Source: Octopus bimaculoides (taxonomy: Eukaryota). Taken from it: a stretch of DNA of 64,000 nt. Every line of letters begins with the position of its first letter. Positions within the stretch are counted from its first letter, which is position 1. The stretch is taken from the NCBI RefSeq assembly GCF_001194135.2, contig NC_068994.1, positions 40,325,152 to 40,389,151 of the forward strand. Reading direction: 5' to 3'. The notes beneath the pieces were generated by a model. The model was not told where the DNA came from. It made no database searches and worked only from the letters and a program-made list of their open reading frames with translations. Positions 1-13,152 of this stretch are shown in pieces. The position numbers were made by a program, and so were the translations under genes.

Positions 1-42
<42 letters not shown>

Positions 43-154
43 GTATGTATATTCTCCCCTCAACCATTCCTATACTCACATGCTTTCAAACACTCTCGCA
101 ACCCCTACCCACCCACACGTCTGTTTCTGCTGTCCCCTCAAACTTCTGTTCGCC

Positions 155-560
155 TCATCATCATCATTTAACGTTCATTGTCCAGGCTGGCATGGGTTGG
201 ATGGTTGAACCAGAACTGGCAAGCTGGGGAGCTGCACCAGTCTCTAGTCTGATTTGGCATGGTTTTTATAGCTAGACACCCTAATGCCAGCCACTTTACA
301 GAGTGTGCTGGGTGTTGATATGTGGCATTGCACAGGCACTTTTACGTGTCACCGCATGGCTGCTTTTATGTGGCACTGCATGAATGCTTATATGCAGTGC
401 AGCATGGGTGCTTTTATGTGGCACTGAACAGACACTTTTATATAGCACCACAACGAGTGCTTTACACCACCAGAAGGATCAGTCTTAACACTTCTGCTGT
501 GGAGTATAGGTTTCCTTGAGTACAGCAAGGTGCCAGGCATCTCGGTCTCTTATTATCTAA
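155..560 (-). mobile_element. RTE-family 3' UTR remnant with internal tandem repeats
   Basis: catcatcatcatttaacgttc..catgggttgg..gatttggc matches the RTE tail. Recurring tgcttttatgtggcactg-like units lie at about 330-470. Confidence 0.7.
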
Positions 561-617
561 CCCAAATGGTTATATCTTTAAAATCAGTCAGGGACCTCTA
601 TTTTACATGTACACACA

Positions 618-653
<36 letters not shown>

Positions 654-1469
654 NNNNNNNNNNNNNNNNNNNNNNNNNNNNNNNNNNNNNNNNNNNNNNN
701 NNNNNNNNNNNNNNNNNNNNNNNNNNNNNNNNNNNNNNNNNNNNNNNNNNNNNNNNNNNNNNNNNNNNNNNNNNNNNNNNNNNNNNNNNNNNNNNNNNNN
801 NNNNNNNNNNNNNNNNNNNNNNNNNNNNNNNNNNNNNNNNNNNNNNNNNNNNNNNNNNNNNNNNNNNNNNNNNNNNNNNNNNNNNNNNNNNNNNNNNNNN
901 NNNNNNNNNNNNNNNNNNNNNNNNNNNNNNNNNNNNNNNNNNNNNNNNNNNNNNNNNNNNNNNNNNNNNNNNNNNNNNNNNNNNNNNNNNNNNNNNNNNN
1001 NNNNNNNNNNNNNNNNNNNNNNNNNNNNNNNNNNNNNNNNNNNNNNNNNNNNNNNNNNNNNNNNNNNNNNNNNNNNNNNNNNNNNNNNNNNNNNNNNNNN
1101 NNNNNNNNNNNNNNNNNNNNNNNNNNNNNNGGACATTAATGAAAATGCTGAAAATTGTGTGTGTATGTGTGCGTGTGTGTATGTCTGCGTGTGTGTATGT
1201 GTGCGTGTGTGTATGTGTGCGTGTGTGTATGTGTGCGTGTGTGTGTGCTTGTGCATTTGTCACCACCCCTTAAGAGGCGGCGTTGGTGTACTTACATCTC
1301 TGCAACCAAGCAGTTCAGTAACAGAGACCAATAAAATAAGTACCAGTCTTAAAAACAAAAAAAAGTATGCAGATCAATTCATTTGACTAAAATTTCTTCA
1401 AGGCAATGCCCCAGCATGGCTGCAGTCCAATGAGTGAAACATGTAAAAGATAATAGATATGTGTATGCA

Positions 1470-1506
1470 TGTAGATAGACAGACAGATTGACAGACAGAC
1501 AAATAA

Positions 1507-1566
<60 letters not shown>

Positions 1567-1600
1567 ATAGATAGACAGACAGACAGACAGATAGATAGAT
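1470..1600. repeat. (GATA/GACA)n microsatellite; representative of dozens of (TA)n, (CA)n, (CT)n arrays, e.g. (TG)n 16385-16495 and 43392-43500, (TA)n 48645-48740
   Basis: Directly visible. Most N gaps are bordered by (TA)n. Confidence 0.95.
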
Positions 1601-1887
1601 TTATGTATAAAATGAAAATCAGCTAAGAGAAATAATTCAGTGGCCAGTGGCATAAACAACAAAGATGATTAAGGGTATTAAATAGCATACAAAATAAATT
1701 CTTGATTTATTAAAATTATCTCTGCTTTCAGAGAATGTATACAAATTGCTTGTGGCTGTTGGCATCAGCTCCAAATGAGAAGGGGAGATAATCTCCAGAA
1801 AGAATCAATTCTTGATTCTTGACATGGAACTATATGTATATGTATATATGTGTGTGTATGCATGTAGATAATATACATATACATATA

Positions 1888-1927
<40 letters not shown>

Positions 1928-2005
1928 CATAAATGTACTTACGTATGTGTGTGTATATGTATATATATATATGTGTGTATATATCTATATATATAGTGAG
2001 ACATT

Positions 2006-2051
<46 letters not shown>

Positions 2052-2498
2052 ATGCAAGAGAGTTAGGGCTTGAGGATTCAACCCACTAAGGGATAGTATC
2101 TATCCAATATACTGCTGGGAGGGTACCCAATTATTGTTGCACTAGTGTTATACCAAGTGTAATAAGTGGGTGTGGGTAAAAGGGGGTTATTTTACCCTAA
2201 ATTTATATAACAATTAGAAAATGGAGGAGAATATGCGGTATCCATCGACTTGTAGACAGTGTATTCTGTTGAATTAATTCATTTATTTTGTAACTTAAAT
2301 GACAAAAACTACAATATACAAATGCTTATAACATACCATGTTATATTGACAATCAAGGTTACAAATATAAAGTACATTAGGAATTTGAGAATAAACAGAA
2401 ACTTACAGCTGTTTTGGCCTAGCGTTGGCATGCCCCATTCTATCTGAATAGCTCCTGCGTGCTGGAGTAATTAGCAAATGAAATGCTGAAATGGGGGG

Positions 2499-2527
2499 TA
2501 CATGCATGATTCGCTAGGCCTCTTCAG
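2499..2527 (-). ncRNA. Decayed hammerhead-like motif
   Basis: Minus strand: CTGAAGA-GGCCTAGC-GAAT-CATGCATG-TA. A15.1 is T; restoring A gives the palindrome ACATGCATGT and a GUA triplet. No convincing stem I. Confidence 0.35.
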
Positions 2528-2852
2528 AGATTCACAAAAATTCAACACAAATATAAAGTATAGAATAAAAATAAAAATAAAATAGAAATAAAAATAAGAA
2601 TACAGTAAAAATAAAAATAAATAAATGAAAAATGAAAATATAAAAATATAAGGCACATAAAAAGCCTACAAACAGTATATAAGGTCATACAAATAGTTTT
2701 AGACACTCCAACACACATGTCTGTGTCTGTGTACATAACCATACTTATATATCAAAGGATCCAAAAGCATATATAGATGAGTACATATGTGTGTCCAGAT
2801 GTATGTCAACAGTCACTGCCACCACATGTGAGGGGGAATATACATATATGAT

Positions 2853-3360
2853 TGAGAAGACTCAGCAAGTCAAGTGAGACTGTAACTGTGGCCTATGCCA
2901 GTTCAGCATAACCAGCCCATTTAAGAGTACCCTTTAATCATTGGGTAATAAACTGTGCTTGCGAAGACCTGTTGAGGCAAGAGAAATCATTGTTGAGGAC
3001 GATGACAGTACCGCCTGATTGGCACCCATGCTGGTGGCTCATAAAAAGCACCATTTGAGTGTGGTTGATGTCAGTGCCAGCTGACTGGTCTTGTGCCAGT
3101 GGCACGTAAAAAGCACCATTCAAGTGTGGTTGATGCCAGTACTGTGTGACTGACCCTCATGCTGGTGGCACATAAATAGCACCCACTACACTCTAGAGTG
3201 GTTGGCGTTAGCAAGGGCACCCCGCTGTAGAAACTTTGCCAGATCAGATTGGACCCTGGTACAGCCTTCTGGCTTGCCAACCCTCAGTCAACCCGTCCAA
3301 TCTATACCAGCATGGAAAGCGAACATTAAACGACTGCGACAATGATGATGATGATGATGT
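2853..3360 (+). mobile_element. RTE-family 3' end remnant
   Basis: gagaagactcagcaagtcaagtgag (end of ORF), duplicated aaaagcaccatt..gtggttgatg units, then cagcatggaaagcgaacattaaac and a (GAT)n tail. Confidence 0.75.
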
Positions 3361-3878
3361 ATGTATATGTGTGTGTGTGTGTGTATGTGTGTGTGTGGGC
3401 GTATGTGTGTTGATATCATAAGAAGATGATGCATCAATTTTAAGTTTCTCTAAACAGAAAAAAATAATGCATTTTTATTTATTTATTGTTTTTCGCCTAC
3501 ACACAAAAACCGTACCAAAATAATTGTATTTTTTACACGAAGTGTACAATAAATAACAACGTATTTATTCTAACTGATGTAGAGTAAGAGATTTTGTTAT
3601 TTTCACCACTACAAATTATGTCCCTTGGTTTATACCCTGGCAATAAACTTATCAACTGCCTTTCGGCTTCCCATTGGTACAGTTGATTGCAGACGCTTAA
3701 AAAATAATTGGATGGCATTTGATACTGTCATTTATATATCATAGGTGAAATGTTGGAATTAGTCTTCAGCATTGAATATCATAAACTAAAATATAATTAC
3801 ACCAACTATTTTATTTTTGACTACTATTTTCAACAAAATAAATTCTTTTACTAATATATGTTTGTAAATGTGTGTGTG

Positions 3879-3923
<45 letters not shown>

Positions 3924-4302
3924 ACGTTTCTGTGAGTGTGTGTGCACATGCACATTTCTGTGAGAGTGTGTGTGTGTGTGTGTGTGTGCATTTGTGGAAG
4001 TGTGTGTGCTAGTGTTACATATCCATAAACATTAATACAAATGTAAGTATATGCATGGTTGTGTGTATATGTTTGCATGCATGTGTGTGTACACAAACAT
4101 TTATGTGAACATACACACACACACACACACACCATTGTGTGTATTCAATAAATTATTGTGTATGATATTTTGATATAAAGCTAATTTAAAATATATGTAC
4201 AATTAAATTTCTGAATATACTGATAACAACATAATTTGTATGTGCAAAAATATATAATAAATAGATATACGAGTGTGTATGCATGTGTATATGAATACAT
4301 AC

Positions 4303-4367
<65 letters not shown>

Positions 4368-4512
4368 NNNNNNNNNNNNNNNNNNNNNNNNNNNNNNNNN
4401 NNNNNNNNNNNNNNNNNNNNNNNNNNNNNNNNNNNNNNNNNNNNNNNNNNNNNNNNNNNNNNNNNNNNNNNNNNNNNNNNNNNNNNNNNNNNNNNNNNNN
4501 NNNNNNNNNNNN

Positions 4513-4560
<48 letters not shown>

Positions 4561-5047
4561 GATATATGGGTGCTTGTGTGCATAAGCAAATCCACATATG
4601 CTTTCAATAAAGAAAATTATGAACATTGTTTTGTGATCGACGGAACCTTCCACTTGTGTATCACCTTTAAAGGCGAGACAAATCTGTTACCAAAAGCACC
4701 ACACTCCGATTATGTCCCCTTCTCTTTAAAATTGCATTGAAATATCTGTCTTCTTTGAATAGGCATCTCAGCTACCCCCCATGCCTTCACCCATTCCTTT
4801 GTAATTCATTAGTCACTTATGTTCAATGTAGCAAGACCTCATTTCTTGATTTTCTGCATTGATAATAATATAAATAGTAATAGGATGAATAATATTTGTA
4901 TTACAAAAAATATAATATAATAAATAATCTTATGATACCTTATAAAATAAAGCTTAAACTTTTTTTATAAAGAATATTTAAGTATTAGATATATCTTTGA
5001 GCATCAAGTTGTAGTTGAAAATAATGGAATTTGAAGGATTTAAGTAA

Positions 5048-5268
5048 CCCTTGACTAGCTGTGGGTATGGTTTTCATTTATTTTTACATTTAGTACATCA
5101 GTTTTTATAAAGGAATTTTAAAGAAACATTGCTCATATAGTACTTAATATTGTCTCCTCTCTCTCTCTCTACTTCTCTTTCAAATATATGCACATATATA
5201 TATATACATGTGTGTTTCTTGTGTGCTTGTATTTAAAATGTTTGTTTGACTTTATGTCTGTATGTACT

Positions 5269-5303
<35 letters not shown>

Positions 5304-5349
5304 ATATGCATGCTGATATATATGCATATATGTGTATATATGTATGTGT

Positions 5350-5401
<52 letters not shown>

Positions 5402-5613
5402 NNNNNNNNNNNNNNNNNNNNNNNNNNNNNNNNNNNNNNNNNNNNNNNNCCCTTGACTAGCTGTGGGTATGGTTTTCATTTATTTTTACATTTAGTACAT
5501 CAGTTTTTATAAAGGAATTTTAAAGAAACATTGCTCATATAGTACTTAATATTGTCTCCTCTCTCTCTCTCTACTTCTCTTTCAAATATATGCACATATA
5601 TATATATACATAT
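5048..5613 (+). repeat. Exact direct duplication of about 160 bp flanking an assembly gap
   Basis: 5048 to about 5207 equals 5450 to about 5609 (cccttgactagc..tgcacatatatatatata), including the CT repeat length. Confidence 0.85.
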
Positions 5614-6473
5614 GTACGACGGGCTTCTTTCAGTTTCCGTCTACCAAATCCACTCACAAGGCTTTGGTCGGCCCGAGGCTGTAGTAGAAGACACTTGTCC
5701 AAGGTGCCATACAGTGGGACTGAAACCACTTCGTTACTATGGCAACAGTACGGATACTTATTGATCATACCTCATATACATGCATATATATATATATACA
5801 CACACACATACAAATCTCTTGTGTGGGTCTGTGTATGTCTGTATGCGTTTGAGAATGTGTGTGCAAGTATGTGGGTGGGGCAGTGTGTGGGTTTGAGTGT
5901 TTTTCTCTTTATAAGATCAGTGAATGTGTTGGTAGCCAGCTGGAAAAGATGTTTACCTAGGGCTAAATTGTAGTAACATCATCCTAAGCAGGACTGCCAC
6001 TTTACATTGGCAAATATACTTTAATATCCAGTACTGTTACTACATATTTCTCCCTCAGAGATTTAAAACTAGTTGTTTTTCTCTTTACAAGATCAGTGAC
6101 TGTGTGTCACTTTAAAAATATATACTGTTTGCAAGGGGAGTCCCTACCATCTCTAGCCAGCGATTGTCCTGCACCAAGGAAGGGAAATAATCCAGAAACC
6201 ATTAGTCTGCAAGTATTGCTAAGGCTGCAGGGGGAACATTAGCTCCCTTGCTCACAGTATACAGACACGGATGATGTGTTGGTAGCCAGCTGGAAAAGAT
6301 GTTTTCCTGGGACTAAATAGTAGTATCATCATCCCAAACAGGACTGCCACTTTACGTTGGCAAATAGACTTTACTGTATATATATATATATATATATATA
6401 TACTGTATATATGTTTTGAACTTTTGGCGATTTTCTTTCTCTGTCTTCCCTTCTTTGAACTTTTCCTATATTT

Positions 6474-6500
6474 CTGATGAAGAGCTCTGCTCAAAATGTG
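6474..6500 (+). ncRNA. Decayed hammerhead-like motif related to the 30884 copy
   Basis: CTGATGA-A-GAGC-TCT-GCTC-AAAATGTG. The 5' core and stem II are intact. The 3' core differs from GAAACGTH by two CpG-type transitions and a G at position 17. Confidence 0.4.
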
Positions 6501-6602
6501 AATTCCTCTTTCCTTTCCTGATCGTCCAATAACACTGTACTTATTCCACGTCCTCGCATTGTTGTTTTTTCGTGTTTTTTCTTGCTTGTTCATGTTTGAA
6601 TT

Positions 6603-6640
<38 letters not shown>

Positions 6641-7199
6641 TTACAATTATAGTTAGAATCATATAATCATTGACACACTGAATGAGCAACAAGTCACCAT
6701 AGAAATTAGGGCTCAGTTTTCACCCACATGAAACATCCATTCCCATACACTGCAGTGTGTTAATCATCAACACAAACTTCAGCTATAACATTGTAACAAG
6801 ATCTGTATATATTTGCCATTAACAAGAAAGCAGTAAACAAGTTATTCATATTTCAGATATTTCGTTACAAATGTTTCTACAATCAATAATCAATCAAATC
6901 AATAGCAGATTATTTCATCAGACAACAGTACCAATACATGTATCCATACATTTAAACATACATACCTACTCTCTCTCCCTGTCTCTCCCTCTTCAGAATA
7001 TATATATGTATATGTATATGTATATATGTATGTATACACATATAATCACATATTTCAATACTTTTCTATTTTACATTTGTGTGTGTGTGTATTTATAAGA
7101 ATATCTTCTTTCAATTTGTGAAACCAGCTGAATAAATACCAATAAAATAAAAATCACTCTAAATGGCATTTTATCCATTATTATGGTATTAACCACTGA

Positions 7200-7460
7200 C
7201 CAGGTGCATTGGGAACAGTAAGCAAAGATATAGACAAATGGCTGAAGGAGATTGGAAGAGAATGACCACTAGAGCTCCTACAGAAAGTTTGTCTCTTAGG
7301 GACAGCAAGGATTATCAGAAGGGTTCTAAGCACTTGAAAGACTACTGAAAACTTGTGGATACCTAAGGTCACAGATAGTAACCCACTACTCATAAATCCT
7401 ACCAGGAATAGGACCAAACCTGAGCCAAACCAAAAATGATAATAATTATAATAATGATGA
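7200..7460 (+). mobile_element. 3' end of an R4/Dong-like (restriction-like endonuclease) LINE with TAA-type tail
   Basis: GALGTVSKDIDKWLKEIG..LELLQKVCLLGTARIIRRVLST* (stop 7335-7337), then a short UTR and an aatgataataat tail. Confidence 0.75.
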
Positions 7461-7584
7461 TTTCATTTATTTGCCACCAGGGCAAAATATGGGGGGGGGG
7501 GTCAATACAGAGATGGACATAAAGTACAGGGGTTTACATATAATGATAAAATGATCATGAAAAATAAATGTAAGTATACCTAGT

Positions 7585-7587
7585 ATA

Positions 7588-7684
<97 letters not shown>

Positions 7685-7802
7685 CAACAACAACAACAGC
7701 AACAACAACAACAATAATGACTGGAAACATTAGCTGGTGTGTAGACACTAAGAACTTTCATTTTTCTCTTGATTGTTAAATTACTAATGCTCTATGAAAA
7801 AG

Positions 7803-7851
<49 letters not shown>

Positions 7852-8422
7852 ATGCATTCCATGAATTTCTTCTCGACTGTGATTCTTTTCCATGTATAAG
7901 AAATGACTCGCTTTGCAAAATGTTTAATATATTAATATATTAATATATTAATATATCTCAGGTTATGTCATGCTGAAGATTTTTAAAAAGTATGAAATAG
8001 TGCTATATATGATTATCACAGACTAGAAATTTCTAGATTTTCATAAGTGAAGTGAGCAAACAATAAAAATAATGAGAAAAGGTTACATATGTGTATTCTA
8101 TGCATTTTTTTCATTGATCTGTAGCTTCAAATTCAAATTTCTAAACCCACCGAAAATTTTCTGAAGGAATGATTACCTCCCTTGTAATGACAGTCAGTTA
8201 GAGCAGTGCTTTTCAAACTATCTGATGTGGCTCAAAGCCTGAAACTTTATGGGAGGTAGTTAGTTGAACATCAACGCCAGTGTACAACAGGTATTTATTT
8301 TATTTACTCAGAAAGTATGAAAGGCAAAGTTAATCTCGATGGAATCTGAACTCAGAACATAATGCTTGTAGAAATGTCACTAAGCAATTTATGGTAACAA
8401 TCCGGCCAGCTCATTGCCCTTA

Positions 8423-8473
<51 letters not shown>

Positions 8474-8481
8474 TTAATAAT

Positions 8482-8525
<44 letters not shown>

Positions 8526-9238
8526 TAATAATAATAATAATAAATGCCCTAATGCAGTACCAGGCAGTGACTCTCATATCTTTTGAACTGATTGGAAATG
8601 GTATCATATACATTGTTTTGTCTTAGTATAAAAGATGGGCTACAGAAAATGTTTTACTCAATACCACAGATTTGCTTGTCAGCTGTTTGACTTTAACCAT
8701 GTGAGTATGTCCCTTAGTGGCTGACAATATGTGCATCTCTGATCATGAGCAGAAGTAGCGGGGAGCATCATAGCCATGTGTTGAGGGAATTCTTTAAGGT
8801 TTGAATAATTCACCTCTGGAAACATGGGTGTTTTGTTCATCATCCTCAAAACAAACCTTATTCAAGGACCTTTTGAGTGGGATGGTCTACTCAGCCAGAA
8901 GAAAATTCTAACTGGGCCCCACCTGTAAAGTCATGCACTGTTTAACTTGACATGAGATCACCATGTTGTGCACATATGGTTGTGATGCATGTGCCTGGTG
9001 TACCCTTATCAGACGGGTAGTCATGATGGGTATATTGGGCTTCGTATATTTGTACCCCAGTGTCACTTTGATGGCATGTGCTGCTTCACAATTAAAAAAA
9101 ATAATAAAATAAACAATAATAATTGGCATTTAAGGTTACTTGTTGTAGCCTGATGTTAGGAATTTTTCTTTTCTGACAGTCTAATCTGATGTGCGTATAT
9201 GAATAATAATGATAATGATAATAATAATAATGATATAC

Positions 9239-9297
<59 letters not shown>

Positions 9298-10175
9298 TGT
9301 GATTTCTTTAAATTGATCACAAGGGCTTAAGATGTCATAAAACGTTCAAAGTTAAAATACAAAGCAAGAGGCAGAGGTTTTCTACACCTATCAGTCCTCT
9401 TTGGGGTCCCACTATTTATGCCTCATCTCATCCCCAGTCAGCACTGTATTTAGTTTACTCTCTTTTAGCTCCATTAACAAATTAATCAGTCAGTAATTAA
9501 CCTCTTAAACTGAGTTAATATTAATATGTCTTTCTATTCCTAATTCTCTCATTCTCTAGCAAAGGGTTCTGCACTACATGTTAGGACATCTTTTTTTCTT
9601 TTGTGGCAACTAAACCGTACAAATCCTCTTAGATTTACTATCTTCAGTGTTGCCAACACTTACTATTACCATACCATTGATGGCCTACCGATGTATACAG
9701 TGAATTTCTTTGCCCTAGGTGTTGGAAAGACACTCAGCAAGAAATGGAAACAAAATCGAAGGAAAAAGACAATAATAATAATGATAATAATAATAATAAT
9801 CATAGCAACAACAATAATAATAATTTCATGGCTTCTGATCTTCACTGATTGAAAATGTTAACATGCACATGTTTTGTCTTATTGTAAAAGATGGGCTGCA
9901 GCAAATATTTTGCTCAATACCTCACATTTGCTTGTCAGTTGCTTGATCTTAACCAGTTGAGCATGTCCTTTGGTGGCTGATAGTTATGTGCATCTCTGAT
10001 CATGTGTAGGAGTAGAAGGGGGTGTGTGCATCATAGCCATATGTTGAGAGGAATTCTTTGAGGTTTGAACAATTTACCTCTGGAAAGATGATATACAATA
10101 TATCTATTATGACAGGTAGTCATGATGGGTATATTGGGCTTCGTATATTTGTAAACCAGCATCACTCTCTCATTC

Positions 10176-10213
<38 letters not shown>

Positions 10214-10317
10214 TAATAAAAAAAAATAATAATAATAATGAAGAGGAGGAGAAGGAAGAGGAGGTTGTGGTGGTGGTGTGGTAGAGGAGGAATAAGAGGA
10301 AGAAGAGGAATGATGAT

Positions 10318-10385
<68 letters not shown>

Positions 10386-10396
10386 TGATAATAATA

Positions 10397-10457
<61 letters not shown>

Positions 10458-10465
10458 TTAATAAT
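7585..10465. repeat. Cluster of long (AAT)n microsatellites
   Basis: Arrays at about 7590-7680, 8425-8543, 9205-9297 and 10170-10460. Confidence 0.95.
8543..9090 (+). mobile_element. Interspersed repeat flanked by (TAA)n; second, internally deleted direct copy at about 9820-10165
   Basis: Shared blocks ttgtcttagtataaaagatgggct, gatttgcttgtcag, gtggctga..atgtgcatctctgatcatg, catcatagccat.tgttgag, cacctctggaaa and gtagtcatgatgggtatattgggcttcgtatatttgta. Confidence 0.75.
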
Positions 10466-10992
10466 ATCTGACAGGTACTTAATTTTTACAACTACTCAAG
10501 AAAATCAATAACAAAGTTAACTGGTGGGTTTGAACTCAGAATGTAAAGGCTGTAACTCAATTTGACATGCATTAAGCCCAGTGCTCTATCAATTCTGTAA
10601 GAAGAATGAGAAGAAAAACAGAAAGCAAAAATATGATGTATAAGTAATGTAAACACGTGTTATGTGTCATTGAATTGTGATAGTGTTGCAAATCTTAGCT
10701 TGATCTGTTTCAGTTATGCCGCTAATGCTCTTAGAAGAAAGAGGATTTCATGCAACTATTTCAAGTTTGCCCAGGGATAACTGAAATTTATATACTCGAG
10801 GTTTAATAATCAGTTGAGGAATCTGAAACAGATAATCCAGTGAAATAGGAAAAACATGTAGATTAGAAGGAGATGTGAAGCAAGATGTTTCCACCACCAA
10901 AAAGAGAAAAGCAATGAAATATATAAAATTAAAGAATGACATCTAGAGATCCAAGATATAAGAACATATCTATCTATCTATGTCTGTCTATC

Positions 10993-11037
<45 letters not shown>

Positions 11038-11657
11038 CTAATACTACAGGAAAATTAGAATAGCTAATAATAGTTTCAAATTTTGGCCAGCAATCTTAGG
11101 GGATAGGGTAAGTCAATATCATCAACCCCAAAAGGATAAAAGGTGCAATAGACCTTGGCAGCATTTGAAATCAGAATGCAGAATCAGAAAAAATGTCATG
11201 AAACATTTTGTCTGGTGTGGTAATGATTCAGCCAGCTTGTTTGCTTTAGAACAGTTAATAATAAGGAGTGAATTCAATGTCATAGACAAAATAATAAGCA
11301 TAAACATTTAACAACGCATATAATTATTAATAAATTGTAAAATACAGGTGGGAAAATTAAATCAAGCTGAAATCTATTACTGAAAGAATATACTTGCCAC
11401 ACACTCACTGAGGAAGAGGCTTCAGTTGATTTTAAAATTGTAACAGAATAACAAAAGATTGTAAAAAAAAGTGTTGGGAAAAGTCCAGAAGAAAACCTAT
11501 TTTCTTAGTGAAGCTTCATGCTAGGGAATAAATGACAAGTTATGAACAAAACAATGCAATTACTATATATATACTTGCATGTACACACACAAAGACATAA
11601 ACACAGAGACGTAAAAACATACATACATACATACATATGCACATATATATATATGTA

Positions 11658-11742
11658 CTTTATTTAAAATCAGCAGAAATATAACAAACGTGAAACTCTG
11701 AGTAACAACTTTTTGTTATATTTGTGCTGCTTTTAAATAAAG
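11658..11742. repeat. 31-bp inverted repeat (2 mismatches) around a 23-nt loop
   Basis: ctttatttaaaatcagcagaaatataacaaa / tttgttatatttgtgctgcttttaaataaag. Confidence 0.85.
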
Positions 11743-13055
11743 CATATTACTCTACCTCTGGTATTTGAGTACTCTTTTTTCCACCTTGTTTCACATTTAT
11801 GTGCTTNNNNNNNNNNNNNNNNNNNNNNNNNNNNNNNNNNNNNNNNNNNNNNNNNNNNNNNNNNNNNNNNNNNNNNNNNNNNNNNNNNNNNNNNNNNNNN
11901 NNNNNNNNNNNNNNNNNNNNNNNNNNNNNNNNNNNNNNNNNNNNNNNNNNNNNNNNNNNNNNNNNNNATAAGATAAGGAAGAAAGTGAATATATCAACAT
12001 AGAAATTACTTTAATACTATTTACAAATGTTTTAATACCATTTTTGTTGCAAACCAAATTGCATACTGATGATTATGTGTGATAAATTACATAAACACTG
12101 TATATATTTATCTATCACTGAATAGTACAGAGCAGCACATTATCAAACATTTACCAGAACTCGCCTTTACTCCAGTCTTGAAGTCTTAAAGTGTGGATAG
12201 TCAGGTGTGTGTACTGAGTTCTGCATAAAGAATACACTGATATATTGCCCAACCCAAACACAAACACACACACGAACACACAAACATATATACATACATG
12301 TAAATGAATATAATGTCATTCAATCTAACCAAGCAAATATATTATCATAAATGTATATCATATAGCATATATTATATTCTAACATGTATCTGGTAGCAGG
12401 GTGTATATTACATACACAATTTAGGGGCGGTTAAATGAAAGAATTTCTGTTGAAATTAGTTATACAGCCCCAAGAGACAGACTACATAAGACATGAGCTG
12501 TAAATATAAATTTGAAACATTTATGGACTTCAATCTCCCCCACTTTGCACATAGACAAACCTGCAGCAAAATACCTGAACATGATTACATTTAAACTCAG
12601 CTTGAAGCTATAAATTATAAATATTTTCTCGAAATACATCAAGAATTTATTTTTTGTTCTTTTTGCAGAATCTACTAAAGAGCTCAATAAATAGCTTAGA
12701 GCAATAAAAATTAATATGTTATGTTGTCTAAACTGAATTTAAAATAACTCAAGGAAAATTTATCAAATTAAATATATGTAACAGATATTTGAAATATTAA
12801 CGTGTTTCTGATAACTGGGTGTATATTACATAGTTGTGCTGAAACTTATTCAGATATTGGACCAATATAAATTTCATTTGTCCCCTAGATGAAGAACGTT
12901 TGTATTTAATATGTGTATTTAATAAGCTTCCCAGGTAGATATTATGTATTTTAATATATTTGCTCACATAACATTATATTAATTTGTATAGTTCTAACCT
13001 ATTTCTACTTACATACATACAGGCATACATGCATATATATATAAACTGATGTGTG

Positions 13056-13152
<97 letters not shown>

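Noticed and set aside
8222-8247. CTGATGT-GGC..GCC-T-GAAAC
   Set aside because: It aligns with the ordinary 3' end of SINE family A (tggcacaaggccagcaattt), and A9 and stem III are absent.
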